Counted from the first letter of the stretch, positions 35,348-45,598 are shown. The stretch is 55,705 bases of DNA from Dehalococcoidia bacterium (GCA_003141235.1 PLLL01000014.1:1-55705), one strand, 5' to 3'. The notes: a model not told the origin generated them from the sequence alone. Program-made: numbers and translations.

Positions 35348-36619
35348 GTGAGTGATTTCGCCATACGGGTTGAAAATCTGGGCAAACGCTACCGCATCGG
35401 CCAGACGGTGGGGTATAAGACACTGCGTGAGAGCCTGAGCAACGCGGTAACCGCCCCCTTCCGACGCTTGAGGTCCACAGACCGCCGGACTCCGGGGGAG
35501 AACCCGCCGATGACCGGAGATAAGCAGGGCTATATCTGGGCACTGAAAGACGTTTCCTTCGATGTGAAGCAAGGTGAAGCGGTAGGTATAATCGGCAGAA
35601 ACGGCTCAGGGAAGAGCACCTTGCTGAAAATCCTCTCACGCATAACGGCGCCTACCGAAGGCCAGGTTGAAATCCACGGACGTGCCGGGGCACTTCTGGA
35701 GGTGGGCACCGGTTTTCATCCAGAGCTTACCGGCCGGGAGAATATATATCTTAACGGCGCTATCCTGGGGCTGAAGAAGGCCGAGATTGAGCGTAAGTTC
35801 GACGATATCGTCGCTTTTGCGGAGATAGAGAAGTTTCTGGACACGCCGGTCAAGCGTTATTCCAGCGGTATGTACGTGCGTCTGGCTTTTGCCGTGGCCG
35901 CTCACCTGGAGCCTGATATCCTGCTGGTAGACGAGGTGCTGGCGGTAGGCGATACTGCCTTCCAGAAGAAATGCCTGGGGAAGATGGACGAGGTGGCGAA
36001 GGGAGGGCGAACGGTGCTGTTCATCAGCCATAATATGGCAGCGGTTAAATCACTGTGTTCCAGATGCATATTGCTAAAAGACGGAGGAATTGAGTTGGCA
36101 GGACTAACCTCCGAAGTCACAAACAAATATATGGAGGCATTATTCGGAACACCAACATCGAACGTAACATTCCAAGAAGACCCTAATTTGCGGATCCAAT
36201 TTTTAAAAGCTAAGCTAATAACGTCCACACCGGGTTCCAATACGGAAGAAACCACCTTGAGATTTGAGTATCTTGTGCGAGAGGAAGTTAAAAGTGTGCT
36301 ATTATGCGTCGAAGTCAGAAGTCCCGATGATTTATGCATATTCTATTCCAATGATGATTTGCTTAATGATAACCGCAAACATAAGATAGGGAAACACACT
36401 ATAACCCTTACTATCCCTTCATATCTTCTAGCACCCGGAGAATACCTACTGGCATTTGGTTTTTGGGAACCCGGACACGAACCAGAACATTTTCCAGGTG
36501 TGCGTTTGACTTTCCGGAGAGAAGAGCCAAATTCCCGTCTCTCTTCGCATGGCATTCACTGGCCAGGTTTGATTTACTTACCGGTCACATGGCGATATAT
36601 TGATGAAGACTGTTACTAA
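35348..36619 (+). CDS. wzt: Polysaccharide ABC exporter ATP-binding protein with C-terminal glycan-binding-type extension (Wzt-like)
   Basis: It has Walker A GRNGSGKST, the signature YSSGMYVRLAF and Walker B LLVDEV, plus a roughly 170-aa C-terminal extra domain. Confidence 0.85.
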   Translation: MSDFAIRVENLGKRYRIGQTVGYKTLRESLSNAVTAPFRRLRSTDRRTPGENPPMTGDKQGYIWALKDVSFDVKQGEAVGIIGRNGSGKSTLLKILSRITAPTEGQVEIHGRAGALLEVGTGFHPELTGRENIYLNGAILGLKKAEIERKFDDIVAFAEIEKFLDTPVKRYSSGMYVRLAFAVAAHLEPDILLVDEVLAVGDTAFQKKCLGKMDEVAKGGRTVLFISHNMAAVKSLCSRCILLKDGGIELAGLTSEVTNKYMEALFGTPTSNVTFQEDPNLRIQFLKAKLITSTPGSNTEETTLRFEYLVREEVKSVLLCVEVRSPDDLCIFYSNDDLLNDNRKHKIGKHTITLTIPSYLLAPGEYLLAFGFWEPGHEPEHFPGVRLTFRREEPNSRLSSHGIHWPGLIYLPVTWRYIDEDCY

Positions 36620-36633
36620 CTGGAGACATTCGC

Positions 36634-38301
36634 ATGGCCGAACTTAACGAGCTTGAAAGGATAATTTATAACGAAGGGGAGCGCCTTATCCCGGGTTTGA
36701 CTCATGATTTGGAGGAATTAATTCGGCACTACAGTTCCTATTTGTTCTTCCGTCTGATCATTATGAATGACCTGGCAATAGCTACTAATAACAAAGCTAT
36801 CGATATCATCGACCTTGGTTGTGGCGTAGGGTGGGGTTGTCGGGTGCTTTCAGAAATAACGCATTCACATATTAGTGGTGTGGATATATCGAGGGACAGT
36901 CTGGAATATGCGCACGAGCATTATATGAATACGGATATCCATTATGAGCAAGCAGACCTATTGGAATTTATACCAAGGATGCCAGAATGTGATTACGCAG
37001 TATCTCGAAACGCTATAGAGCACATACCGAATGGGCTACGACTGGCAAAGTCAATAAAATGGCGAAGACGGCTAATCTTCGATGTTCCCTACGGAGAACC
37101 AGAAGGACGGAATATTTACCATGTTCTTACGGGAATCACTGAAGAAGCGTTTGTTGGATTTGACGGAGTAGAGATCTTCTATCAAGATTTATCCGGTTGT
37201 ATTTATGACGCACAACATAAACCGGCAAACCCTAATATCATTATTTGTGTTTGCAGTAGTCCTGATCTTCCGAAGCTAAGTGACTGCAAACTGGGATTTG
37301 ATACGTCAGGCAGGTTGTACCCCATGCACCATATCAAAGAGCAAGATTGTCTGTATTCGCTGTTCCCCCTCGTTTCTATCATAACACCAGCGTACAATCG
37401 GGCTGCATACCTTGATGAGACTATACAGAGTGTTCTAGCGCAGAACTACCCGCGAATAGAGTATATAGTCCTGAACGACGGCTCCACAGACAATACGGAA
37501 GAGGTGCTGCAAAAATACACCGGACATCTCATCTGGGAGACACACCCAAATATGGGGGAAACGCGGACGGTCAACAAAGGGTTTGGCATGGCGCACGGTG
37601 AGATTGTAGCCGTGGTGAATTCAGACGACCCTCTGCTCCCTGGAGCGGTTAGAGCTGCGGTAGCCTTCATGCAGTCATACCCCGATATCCTGGTTGCCTA
37701 CCCCGACTGGGATTTCATTGACCGCGATTCAATCGTAACGAGACACGTACAGGTTCCCGAGTATAATTATCTGTACAGTCTGAGGCGGCACTATTATATG
37801 GTTGGACCGGGAGCATTTATCAGACGGAAAGCCTTTGAGTTGACTGGCATGCGAGACTCCGCTTTCAAATACGCGGGCGATTTTGAGTATTGGCTGCGGC
37901 TGGGGCTGTATGGTCAATTCGCCCGTATCCCCAGAACGCTGGCGACCTTCCGGGTTCACCCGGACTCCGCCACGGTATCGCAGAAGGGACATGACATGGC
38001 CGACGAGCACATCCGTCTGACTAAGCAGTTTTACTCACGCCCCGGTCTTCCGCCAAGAGTCCTCAAGGTGCACTCCCAGGCACTCGCCTGGGCTTATCTC
38101 ACCGCCGGAATAGCCTGCGGCCGGGCACGCTGGCTGGCGCTGTGGTATTACCTCCGGGCTGTCCTGTATCACCCGACAATCGTTTTCTCCGTCCTGAGCC
38201 TCTGGCTGAGGGTGCGGATATCAAAGCTTCCCCGGCCCATATTCAGGGTTTTACAGTGGGGCTGGCATATGACTTATCCAATATTGGCAAAAGGACGCTG
38301 A
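36634..38301 (+). CDS. Fusion protein: class I SAM-methyltransferase (N) + family 2 glycosyltransferase (C)
   Basis: The N-terminal part has the SAM motif IDLGCGVGWG. The C-terminal part has VSIITPAYNRAAYLDETIQSVLAQNYPRIEYIVLNDGSTDNT and the GT2 motif NSDD. Confidence 0.8.
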   Translation: MAELNELERIIYNEGERLIPGLTHDLEELIRHYSSYLFFRLIIMNDLAIATNNKAIDIIDLGCGVGWGCRVLSEITHSHISGVDISRDSLEYAHEHYMNTDIHYEQADLLEFIPRMPECDYAVSRNAIEHIPNGLRLAKSIKWRRRLIFDVPYGEPEGRNIYHVLTGITEEAFVGFDGVEIFYQDLSGCIYDAQHKPANPNIIICVCSSPDLPKLSDCKLGFDTSGRLYPMHHIKEQDCLYSLFPLVSIITPAYNRAAYLDETIQSVLAQNYPRIEYIVLNDGSTDNTEEVLQKYTGHLIWETHPNMGETRTVNKGFGMAHGEIVAVVNSDDPLLPGAVRAAVAFMQSYPDILVAYPDWDFIDRDSIVTRHVQVPEYNYLYSLRRHYYMVGPGAFIRRKAFELTGMRDSAFKYAGDFEYWLRLGLYGQFARIPRTLATFRVHPDSATVSQKGHDMADEHIRLTKQFYSRPGLPPRVLKVHSQALAWAYLTAGIACGRARWLALWYYLRAVLYHPTIVFSVLSLWLRVRISKLPRPIFRVLQWGWHMTYPILAKGR

Positions 38302-38352
38302 GTTTTCATGTAAGGCCTCATGCGGCTAATAATAATACGAGTAGGGTAATAA

Positions 38353-39609
38353 ATGAAAATACTTTTACTTTCTGACATCCCGCCCTGCAAGGACTACACG
38401 GCCGGCCTGGTCTTAGACCAGCTGTGCAGGTTCCTGCCCCGTGGCTCGATCGCGTGTTTTTGTGTCTCGGTGCCTGAACTTAAAGCCAAGATATCAGCCG
38501 ATTTGGAGTGGATACCGACTCAGTATCGAAATAGACCTATTGAGGCTGTCCCGCCATTCAAGAGTTACTCACTATCCAAGAGTTACTCGCTATCCAAGAG
38601 TTACTCGCTAGTTCACTGGTTACTTAATTTTGGGCTTCATTACTATAACGGGATAGCATTAAGGCGGCTTGTTTCTCAGGCAGTCGAATATGGCCGGAGA
38701 TTCGGTGCGGATGTCCTTTGGTGCCCTCTCGAGGGAGAAACACAAATCCGCCTGGCATTACCGGTAGCACACAGTTTAGGCATTCCACTCCTTACGGAAG
38801 TCTACGATCCGCCGACCTGGATGCTGCGTGGTAATTCAACTCCCAGTTCTCTCCAGGCACAGATTCTGAAAATGTTTAGCAAAGTGATGAGCAGCAGTCG
38901 AGTTTGCGCGACCGCTTCATGGCCTATGGCCCGCGAATATCACGAGCGTTTTCATGTAAACACAGTAAGCTTCTTGCCCAGCCTTCATAGCAGCTTGGCC
39001 ATAGACCCGGCGGACAGAATGAATCCAGGTAATGAATTAGTCATCGGGCTGGCCGGCCAGATGTACGCTACAGAAGAATGGAAAGCTCTGCTTAGGGCTC
39101 TAGATACGGTAGGATGGAGATTAGGCAAACGTAACGTGCGAATACGCTTGCTGGGGAGATGGCCAATGCTCACTTCCACGACTCCGCTGAGACTCGAATG
39201 GCTCGGCTGGCATACTCAGCAAAACACGGTCAAGCTTTTATCGGAAACAGACATTTTGTATTGTCCGTATTGGTTTGATTCCGTCTTCGAGACTGAAGCC
39301 CGCCTGAGTTTCCCTTCCAAATTGACCACTTACTTTGCTGCAGGTCGCCCGGTTCTGTTTCATGGCCCGCAGTATGCTGCTCCAGCAATTTTTATCAAGG
39401 ACAATGCCGCCGGACTCATATGTGATTCAAATGAAGAGTCGAAAATATTACAGGCGCTGAATACGCTGGCGTCTGACGAAAAATTGTACGGTCAACTCAC
39501 CCATAACGGGCGCGCTGCTTTTGATAAGTATTTAACGCTGGATAGCCTGCGCACAAGCTTCGCACAGTTTCTGCAGGTTGAAGAGAACTACCTTATTCCA
39601 GTAACTTAA
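38353..39609 (+). CDS. Glycosyltransferase (GT-B, GT4-like C-terminal half)
   Basis: The C-terminal ...SFPSKLTTYFAAGRPVLFHG... resembles the E-x7-E region of GT4 enzymes. The N-terminal half is divergent and contains the KSYSLS tandem repeat. Confidence 0.6.
   Translation: MKILLLSDIPPCKDYTAGLVLDQLCRFLPRGSIACFCVSVPELKAKISADLEWIPTQYRNRPIEAVPPFKSYSLSKSYSLSKSYSLVHWLLNFGLHYYNGIALRRLVSQAVEYGRRFGADVLWCPLEGETQIRLALPVAHSLGIPLLTEVYDPPTWMLRGNSTPSSLQAQILKMFSKVMSSSRVCATASWPMAREYHERFHVNTVSFLPSLHSSLAIDPADRMNPGNELVIGLAGQMYATEEWKALLRALDTVGWRLGKRNVRIRLLGRWPMLTSTTPLRLEWLGWHTQQNTVKLLSETDILYCPYWFDSVFETEARLSFPSKLTTYFAAGRPVLFHGPQYAAPAIFIKDNAAGLICDSNEESKILQALNTLASDEKLYGQLTHNGRAAFDKYLTLDSLRTSFAQFLQVEENYLIPVT
38560..38610 (+). 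repeat. 18-bp in-frame tandem repeat, about 2.8 copies (KSYSLS)
   Basis: AAGAGTTACTCACTATCC / AAGAGTTACTCGCTATCC / AAGAGTTACTCGCTA. Confidence 0.85.
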
Positions 39610-39647
39610 CTCTAAACGAGACGTTTGACACAAAGGAAGGAGACCCA

Positions 39648-40862
39648 ATGCGTATCCTCTTCGTCGCCTTTCCCAACAGTATTCATACCGCCCGCTGGAT
39701 AAACCAGCTGGACGGGCAGGGCTGGGACTTGCATCTTTTCCCAAGCGTAGACGTCGGTGAGATAAGTCCCCATTTGAGGGATGTTACCGTCTATCATTCG
39801 TTATATGGATATCAGGGGAACCATGACCACCGCACAGTTAAATTGCGTGGGGTACCTGTTATCGTACCTAACATTTCCCGTCACATAGCCTACGTGGCGA
39901 GAGCCGCCCTGGGGTACTGGTGGCATGACTATCGCTCGTTCCAGCTAAAACGGCTCATTAAGAAATTGCATCCGGATATCATTCATTCGATGGAAATTCA
40001 GGCAGGCGGCTACCTGGTTTCCGACGTGAGAAAGAAGTATCATGGGCAATTCCCTCCATGGATCGTGACGAACTGGGGCAGCGACATCTATCTTTTTGGG
40101 CGTCTGGCTGAGCACAAAAGCAAGATTGCTGAAGTCCTTTCGATGTGTGACTACTATTCTTGCGAGTGTCAGCGTGATGTGCAACTAGCTAAACAGATGG
40201 GATTTAAGGGTGAGGTGCTCCCGGTGTTACCGAACACGGGCGGATTTAACCTTGTCCGAATTGCTCAGTTTAGACAGCCGGGGCCCACCTCAGCACGGCG
40301 GCTGATATTGCTTAAGGGATACCAGCACTGGGCCGGTCGGGCACTGGTTGGCCTGCGCGCACTGGCACTGTGCGCTGATAGTCTGCGAGGCTACCGGGTT
40401 GGTGTCTATCTGGCAAACGATGATGTCAAAATTGCGGCGGAACTGGTCTCCCAAACCACAGGGCTTCATATAGAAATGATACCTTTCTGTTCCCATGATG
40501 ATATGCTGCGGTTGTATGGGCAGGCCCGAATATCCATAGGTTTGAGCATCTCAGACGCTATCAGCACGTCATTGCTTGAGGCAATGGTGATGGGGGCATT
40601 CCCCATTCAGTCGTGCACAGCCTGTTGCGATGAATGGATTGTTGATGGAGAGACAGGATTTATTGTCCCGCCTGAGGACCCGGAGCCCATCGCGGCTGCA
40701 ATCCGAAAAGCGATAACCGATGACCGTCTCGTTGACCGCGCGGCTGAACTTAACGCGAAAGTCGCACGTGAGCGCCTTGACCAATCCGTCATTAAACCGC
40801 AGGTAATTGCGATGTATGAGAAGATTGCCTCAGAAGCAGCTAATAAACGAAAAGGGAAATGA
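39648..40862 (+). CDS. Glycosyltransferase family 4
   Basis: A GT-B fold protein. The motif ISTSLLEAMVMGAFPIQSCTACCDEWIVDGETGFIV is of the EX7E type. Confidence 0.8.
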   Translation: MRILFVAFPNSIHTARWINQLDGQGWDLHLFPSVDVGEISPHLRDVTVYHSLYGYQGNHDHRTVKLRGVPVIVPNISRHIAYVARAALGYWWHDYRSFQLKRLIKKLHPDIIHSMEIQAGGYLVSDVRKKYHGQFPPWIVTNWGSDIYLFGRLAEHKSKIAEVLSMCDYYSCECQRDVQLAKQMGFKGEVLPVLPNTGGFNLVRIAQFRQPGPTSARRLILLKGYQHWAGRALVGLRALALCADSLRGYRVGVYLANDDVKIAAELVSQTTGLHIEMIPFCSHDDMLRLYGQARISIGLSISDAISTSLLEAMVMGAFPIQSCTACCDEWIVDGETGFIVPPEDPEPIAAAIRKAITDDRLVDRAAELNAKVARERLDQSVIKPQVIAMYEKIASEAANKRKGK

Positions 40863-41005
40863 AACATGAGTTTACGGTCTCATGCAATCTAAGCTTAAAC
40901 GCCGTTAGTTCTACTAATCTATTGTTTGGGTTCCACCAGGCTGGTATGATATGATTGTGCGGATATATTAAAACATCGTTCTACTCTCTGAAATAAGGAG
41001 ACTTT

Positions 41006-42064
41006 ATGTTAACTAACAAAAGAATTGTCGTCACCGGCGGGACCGGCTCGTTGGGCAAGGTATTGGTTCGCCGGTTGCTCACAGGAGAGATTGGCAAACC
41101 CAAGAGCATTACAGTATTTTCACGGGACGAGGCTAAACAAAATACAATGCGCCTTTCTTTTCAACGCAAGGAAAGTGCTACCGATGAGATTATCTATCGT
41201 AATTTTGAAGAGATATTACAGTTCCAGATAGGTGATGTACGGGACTACCATGCAATTTGTGCGGTACTACGCAACGCCGATGTTGTTTTTAATGCGGCTG
41301 CCCTTAAGCAAGTGCCCGCGTGTGAATATTTTCCTTTTGAAGCAGTGCAAACTAATATCATCGGGCCGGAAAACATAGTTCGTGCCATTCGAGAAAACAA
41401 ACTGCCCGTCGAAACAGTGATTGGAGTGTCGACAGATAAGGCATGCAAGCCGGTCAACGTGATGGGCATGACTAAGGCTATTCAGGAGCGTGTTTTTATT
41501 CATGCGAACATGGACTGCCCGAATACAAGGTTCATTTGTGTGCGATATGGTAATGTACTGGCATCACGCGGCTCGGTAATCCCACTCTTTCATGACCAGA
41601 TACGTAACGGCGGGCCTATTACCATCACTACCACCGATATGACACGTTTTCTTCTTAGCTTAGATAAAGCCGTAGACACAATCTTTGCTGCTTTCGCAAA
41701 AGCAAAAAGAGGCGAAACCTATATCCCGCGCGTACCTTCAGCCCGGATGATTGATGTTGCTGATATACTTATCGATAATCGCCCGATTAAAACAGTCGTT
41801 ACAGGTATTCGACCTGGAGAAAAGATACATGAGATCCTGGTATCAGAGGAAGAAGCACACCGGACTGTGGAGCGAGGGGACTACCTGGCAATTCTGCCTA
41901 TATTACCTGAGCTCAAGTCACCAGGAGCAGTTGAAAAAACAATCACAGGAGAATATAGTTCAGCCGATAACCTTTTTTCAAAGTCCGAGCTAGCTAAATT
42001 ACTAAAAAAATACAAGCTTTTAGTCGAGGACAGAACGGTATTTGAGGAAGACGTACTTGCATAA
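41006..42064 (+). CDS. UDP-N-acetylglucosamine 4,6-dehydratase/5-epimerase (CapE/FnlA/WbjB/WbvB type, CapD-like SDR)
   Basis: It has VVTGGTGSLGK and is 352 aa. It forms a gene triad with a reductase and a 2-epimerase downstream. Confidence 0.8.
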   Translation: MLTNKRIVVTGGTGSLGKVLVRRLLTGEIGKPKSITVFSRDEAKQNTMRLSFQRKESATDEIIYRNFEEILQFQIGDVRDYHAICAVLRNADVVFNAAALKQVPACEYFPFEAVQTNIIGPENIVRAIRENKLPVETVIGVSTDKACKPVNVMGMTKAIQERVFIHANMDCPNTRFICVRYGNVLASRGSVIPLFHDQIRNGGPITITTTDMTRFLLSLDKAVDTIFAAFAKAKRGETYIPRVPSARMIDVADILIDNRPIKTVVTGIRPGEKIHEILVSEEEAHRTVERGDYLAILPILPELKSPGAVEKTITGEYSSADNLFSKSELAKLLKKYKLLVEDRTVFEEDVLA

Positions 42065-42142
42065 AAGTAATGACTAAACTGAGTGACACACGCTACCGGG
42101 GTGCGCGGCACGAACAGTAATAGTTATTAAAATGAGGGGGAA

Positions 42143-43072
42143 GTGATTAAGGTAATCATTCTAGGCGCATCCGGCATGCTGGGTTCGATGGTGCTGGACT
42201 ATCTCTCCGGAGATCCAGAATTGCAACTTTCAGCCACTGCGCGCAGTCAAAAACTGGTTCAGAAGTTGCGAAAGCGCGCCGGCAACATCGAATGGCGACT
42301 GCTGGACGCTGAACGATGTAATGTCAATGATATCGTAAATGTACTGGTTAATGCTGAATGGGCAATAAACGCCATCGGGGTGATTAAGCCATATATCCAT
42401 GATGATAACGCCGCCGAGGTAGAGCGAGCGGTAGCCGTCAACGCCCTTTTCCCCCATCTGCTGGCCCACGCCGCCGAGCAAACCGGCTGCCGTGTACTGC
42501 AGATAGCTACCGATTGCGCCTACTCCGGACGCAGGGGACTTTATACTGAAAAAGACGAGTTTGATCCACTAGACGTATACGGTAAGACCAAGAGCGTCGG
42601 AGAGGTTTTTTCAGCTAGTGTGTACCATTTACGCTGTTCCATCATCGGGCCGGAACCCAAAGGGCATATCTCACTTATGGACTGGTTCCTGGGGCAACCG
42701 CCTGACAGCCGCGTTAATGGCTACACCAACCATCAATGGAACGGCGTAACAACACTGCATTTTGCCAAAATTTGCCGGGGTATTATGAAACACGGTTTGA
42801 AGATACCTCATATGCAGCATGTGATTCCTGCAGGCACTATTTCCAAGGCGGAGCTGCTGCAATGCTTCGCCCGCGAATACAAGCGGGGCGATATCACCGT
42901 CAATCCCGGCAAGGCAAATGTGGTCATCGACCGGACATTAGCCACGATAAATGATTCTCTGAACCGGCAGCTGTGGGAGGCGGCCGGTTATGCCGAGCCG
43001 CCAACCGTACCCCAGATGGTGGCCGAACTGGCAAAGTTTAATTACCGTTTTTCACTGGAAGGTGCTGTATGA
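42143..43072 (+). CDS. SDR-family sugar-nucleotide 4-reductase (RmlD-like; CapF/FnlB/WbvR role)
   Basis: It has ILGASGMLGS and the YGKTK catalytic motif. The GTG start follows GAGGGGGAA. Confidence 0.7.
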   Translation: MIKVIILGASGMLGSMVLDYLSGDPELQLSATARSQKLVQKLRKRAGNIEWRLLDAERCNVNDIVNVLVNAEWAINAIGVIKPYIHDDNAAEVERAVAVNALFPHLLAHAAEQTGCRVLQIATDCAYSGRRGLYTEKDEFDPLDVYGKTKSVGEVFSASVYHLRCSIIGPEPKGHISLMDWFLGQPPDSRVNGYTNHQWNGVTTLHFAKICRGIMKHGLKIPHMQHVIPAGTISKAELLQCFAREYKRGDITVNPGKANVVIDRTLATINDSLNRQLWEAAGYAEPPTVPQMVAELAKFNYRFSLEGAV

Positions 43073-44166
43073 AATTAATTACAATACTGGGCACGCGGCC
43101 TGAAATTATCCGCCTGAGCTGCATTATCGCCAAGTTAGACAAGTTATGCCAGCATGTGCTGGTGCATACCGGCCAGAACTATGACGTCAACTTGAATGAT
43201 ATCTTCTTCCAGCAGCTCAAGGTGCGGCAACCTGACCATTTTCTGGGCGTACGCGGAGCTACCTTTGGCGAGCAGATCGGTAAGATTATTACCGCCATGG
43301 AGCAAATCTTTCTCTCTGAAAAGCCGGACAAGTTTCTGGTCCTGGGAGATACCAACAGCGGTCTGGCAGCTATAATTGCCAAACGGATGGGCATTCCCGT
43401 CTACCATATGGAGGCCGGGAATCGCTGCTACGATGACCGTGTGCCTGAAGAAATTAACAGACGGATTATTGATTGCAGCAGTGATATCCTCATGCCCTAC
43501 ACCGAACGCAGCCGAGCTAATCTACTGCGTGAAGGTATAGAAGGCCGCCGTATTTATGTTACCGGCAATCCTATCTTCGAGGTAATCCAGCATTATGACA
43601 CGGCTATTGGTCAATCAGACATCCTGCGCCGCTTGAAACTGGAAACAGGCAAGTATTTCCTCGTTACCATGCACCGTGAAGAAAACGTGGATGTTGAAGA
43701 ACGCCTCCGCTCCCTGACCGAGGCGCTCGTACAACTTCAAAGGGAATATAAAATGCCGATAATCTGCAGCCTGCATCCGCGCACCGGCAACAGAATGAAA
43801 CGTTACGGGGTAGACGTGACGAACAAACAGATCAAATTCCATGAGCCTTTTGGCTTCTTCGATTTTATTACCCTGGAGCGGAACGCATTTTGTGTCCTCA
43901 GCGACAGCGGTACGGTGCAGGAGGAGTGTTCCATTTTCAGAGTAGCCAATGTGACCATCAGGGACGTTACCGAGCGCCCGGAGACAATCGAGTGCGGGAG
44001 CAACATACTCAGCGGCGCCGACCCCGAGACTATTAAGCAATGTGTGCAGGCCGTTCTGTCGCGAAAGGGTAACTGGTCACCACCCCCTGAGTACTTAATC
44101 CCCAACGTAAGCGATACGGTTGTGAATATAGTACTTGGTTACCTTTACCGCCATCAGCAAAAGTAA
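43069..44166 (+). CDS. UDP-N-acetylglucosamine 2-epimerase, non-hydrolysing (WecB/CapG/FnlC type)
   Basis: It has ILGTRPEIIRL, GDTNS and HMEAGNR motifs. The ATG overlaps the upstream stop (ATGA). Confidence 0.9.
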   Translation: MKLITILGTRPEIIRLSCIIAKLDKLCQHVLVHTGQNYDVNLNDIFFQQLKVRQPDHFLGVRGATFGEQIGKIITAMEQIFLSEKPDKFLVLGDTNSGLAAIIAKRMGIPVYHMEAGNRCYDDRVPEEINRRIIDCSSDILMPYTERSRANLLREGIEGRRIYVTGNPIFEVIQHYDTAIGQSDILRRLKLETGKYFLVTMHREENVDVEERLRSLTEALVQLQREYKMPIICSLHPRTGNRMKRYGVDVTNKQIKFHEPFGFFDFITLERNAFCVLSDSGTVQEECSIFRVANVTIRDVTERPETIECGSNILSGADPETIKQCVQAVLSRKGNWSPPPEYLIPNVSDTVVNIVLGYLYRHQQK

Positions 44167-44276
44167 GTCACCGAGGGTAAGGGTGGAAACGGATTCAATT
44201 TATTAGTGTTTTGGATTACCGGGGGTATTTCTGTTGAGTGGGTGATAACCTAAAAATCCCTTTAATGTCGTCAGCC

Positions 44277-45209
44277 TTATTTATCGTGAAACCACCTAAT
44301 CGTCTCCGCTAATCCGGATTTTAAATCATACCCTGGCTTATAACCAAAGGCTTTAGCCTTAGAAATATCAGCTAAACTGTGTCGTATGTCACCCGCCCTT
44401 GGTTCCTGGTGAATTGGTTCAACCCTGTTGCCAACAAGCTCCCTGATAAGCTTAACCAGCTGATTTATGGTGATGCGTTGCCCCTGGCTTATATTGAATA
44501 CCCCGCAGGCATCACTCAAAGCTGCCAGGATATTCGCCGCCACAGCGTCCTTAACGAAGGTAAAATCTCTGGTTTGTTCGCCATCATCAAAAATGACCGG
44601 AGATTTACCCCCGCTAATCTCTTTAATAAACCGTGGGATTACCGCCGCATATTGAGAATCCGGGTCCTGTCCCGGGCCGTAGACGTTAAAGTACCGGAGA
44701 GAAACAGCAGGCAGTTTATACACTTCCTGAAAAACACGGCAGTAGTATTCGCCTGCGAGCTTGGCTACGGCATAGGGAGACTTGGGATTAGGCAGCATGT
44801 CTTCTCTTTTGGGAAGGGTGGGGGAATCACCGTATACAGAGGCGGAGGATGAATAAATCACCTTCTTTACGCCATTGTCTCTGGCGGCCAGAAGTACGTT
44901 CAGAGTCCCGGTTGCGTTCACATTATGAGAAGCCAGGGGATTGGCTATGCTTCGCGGTACGCTGGAGACAGCCGCGAGATGGAAAATATACTCACAGCCT
45001 CGAAAAAGCTTCTGAAGCGGCAGCAGCTCAGTAACCGTACCCCGGATGAACTCCACATTGCTATTCTTGAGTAGTAAATCTACGTTTTCCATCTTCCCGG
45101 TAGAGAGATCATCATAAATGACAACATGGTAGCTTCGTTTTACCAGCTCTTCGGTAAGATGGGAACCAATAAAGCCGGCACCACCAGTGACAACCACCTT
45201 ATTGGTCAT
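44277..45209 (-). CDS. NAD-dependent sugar-nucleotide epimerase (UDP-Glc(NAc) 4-epimerase, WbpP/TviC-like)
   Basis: It has VTGGAGFIGSHL, SSSASVYG and YAVAK (YxxxK), and is 310 aa. Confidence 0.85.
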   Translation of the reverse strand: MTNKVVVTGGAGFIGSHLTEELVKRSYHVVIYDDLSTGKMENVDLLLKNSNVEFIRGTVTELLPLQKLFRGCEYIFHLAAVSSVPRSIANPLASHNVNATGTLNVLLAARDNGVKKVIYSSSASVYGDSPTLPKREDMLPNPKSPYAVAKLAGEYYCRVFQEVYKLPAVSLRYFNVYGPGQDPDSQYAAVIPRFIKEISGGKSPVIFDDGEQTRDFTFVKDAVAANILAALSDACGVFNISQGQRITINQLVKLIRELVGNRVEPIHQEPRAGDIRHSLADISKAKAFGYKPGYDLKSGLAETIRWFHDK

Positions 45210-45598
45210 TCGGTCCTCGCTTCAGATACAGCCAGCGGTTAGTATCGAACTTACGACAAGTTATTTACGAAATCCGTACACCAGTATACCATAGAGTATT
45301 ATTACGTTCAATTTAGAACTATTGTACCAGTAACCAGAAAAGTGTTTTGTGCATAGAATACCAAACAGGCTCTTCAGGTCACGATATTGTCGATTAAGGG
45401 TCTTCACCGGATTACTACCGGCGTGAATTGTAGATAGACTCCAAATATTTATAAAACATTTAGGCTTGCTATCTCTATTTTTACCCTTTGTTAACACAAT
45501 GAGTAGTAGCTTTGTTTGTAATACCAGGCGGATTATGTGAATCGGAATCTTGAGATGGAACATCGGGTTAGATCTATAGCGACCGAGGACAGGATAGT

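Noticed and set aside
45261-45563. 100-aa minus-strand ORF in the AT-rich spacer before the kinase gene
   Set aside because: It has no RBS, low-complexity hydrophobic/Lys-rich sequence typical of AT-rich non-coding DNA, and no recognisable domain.
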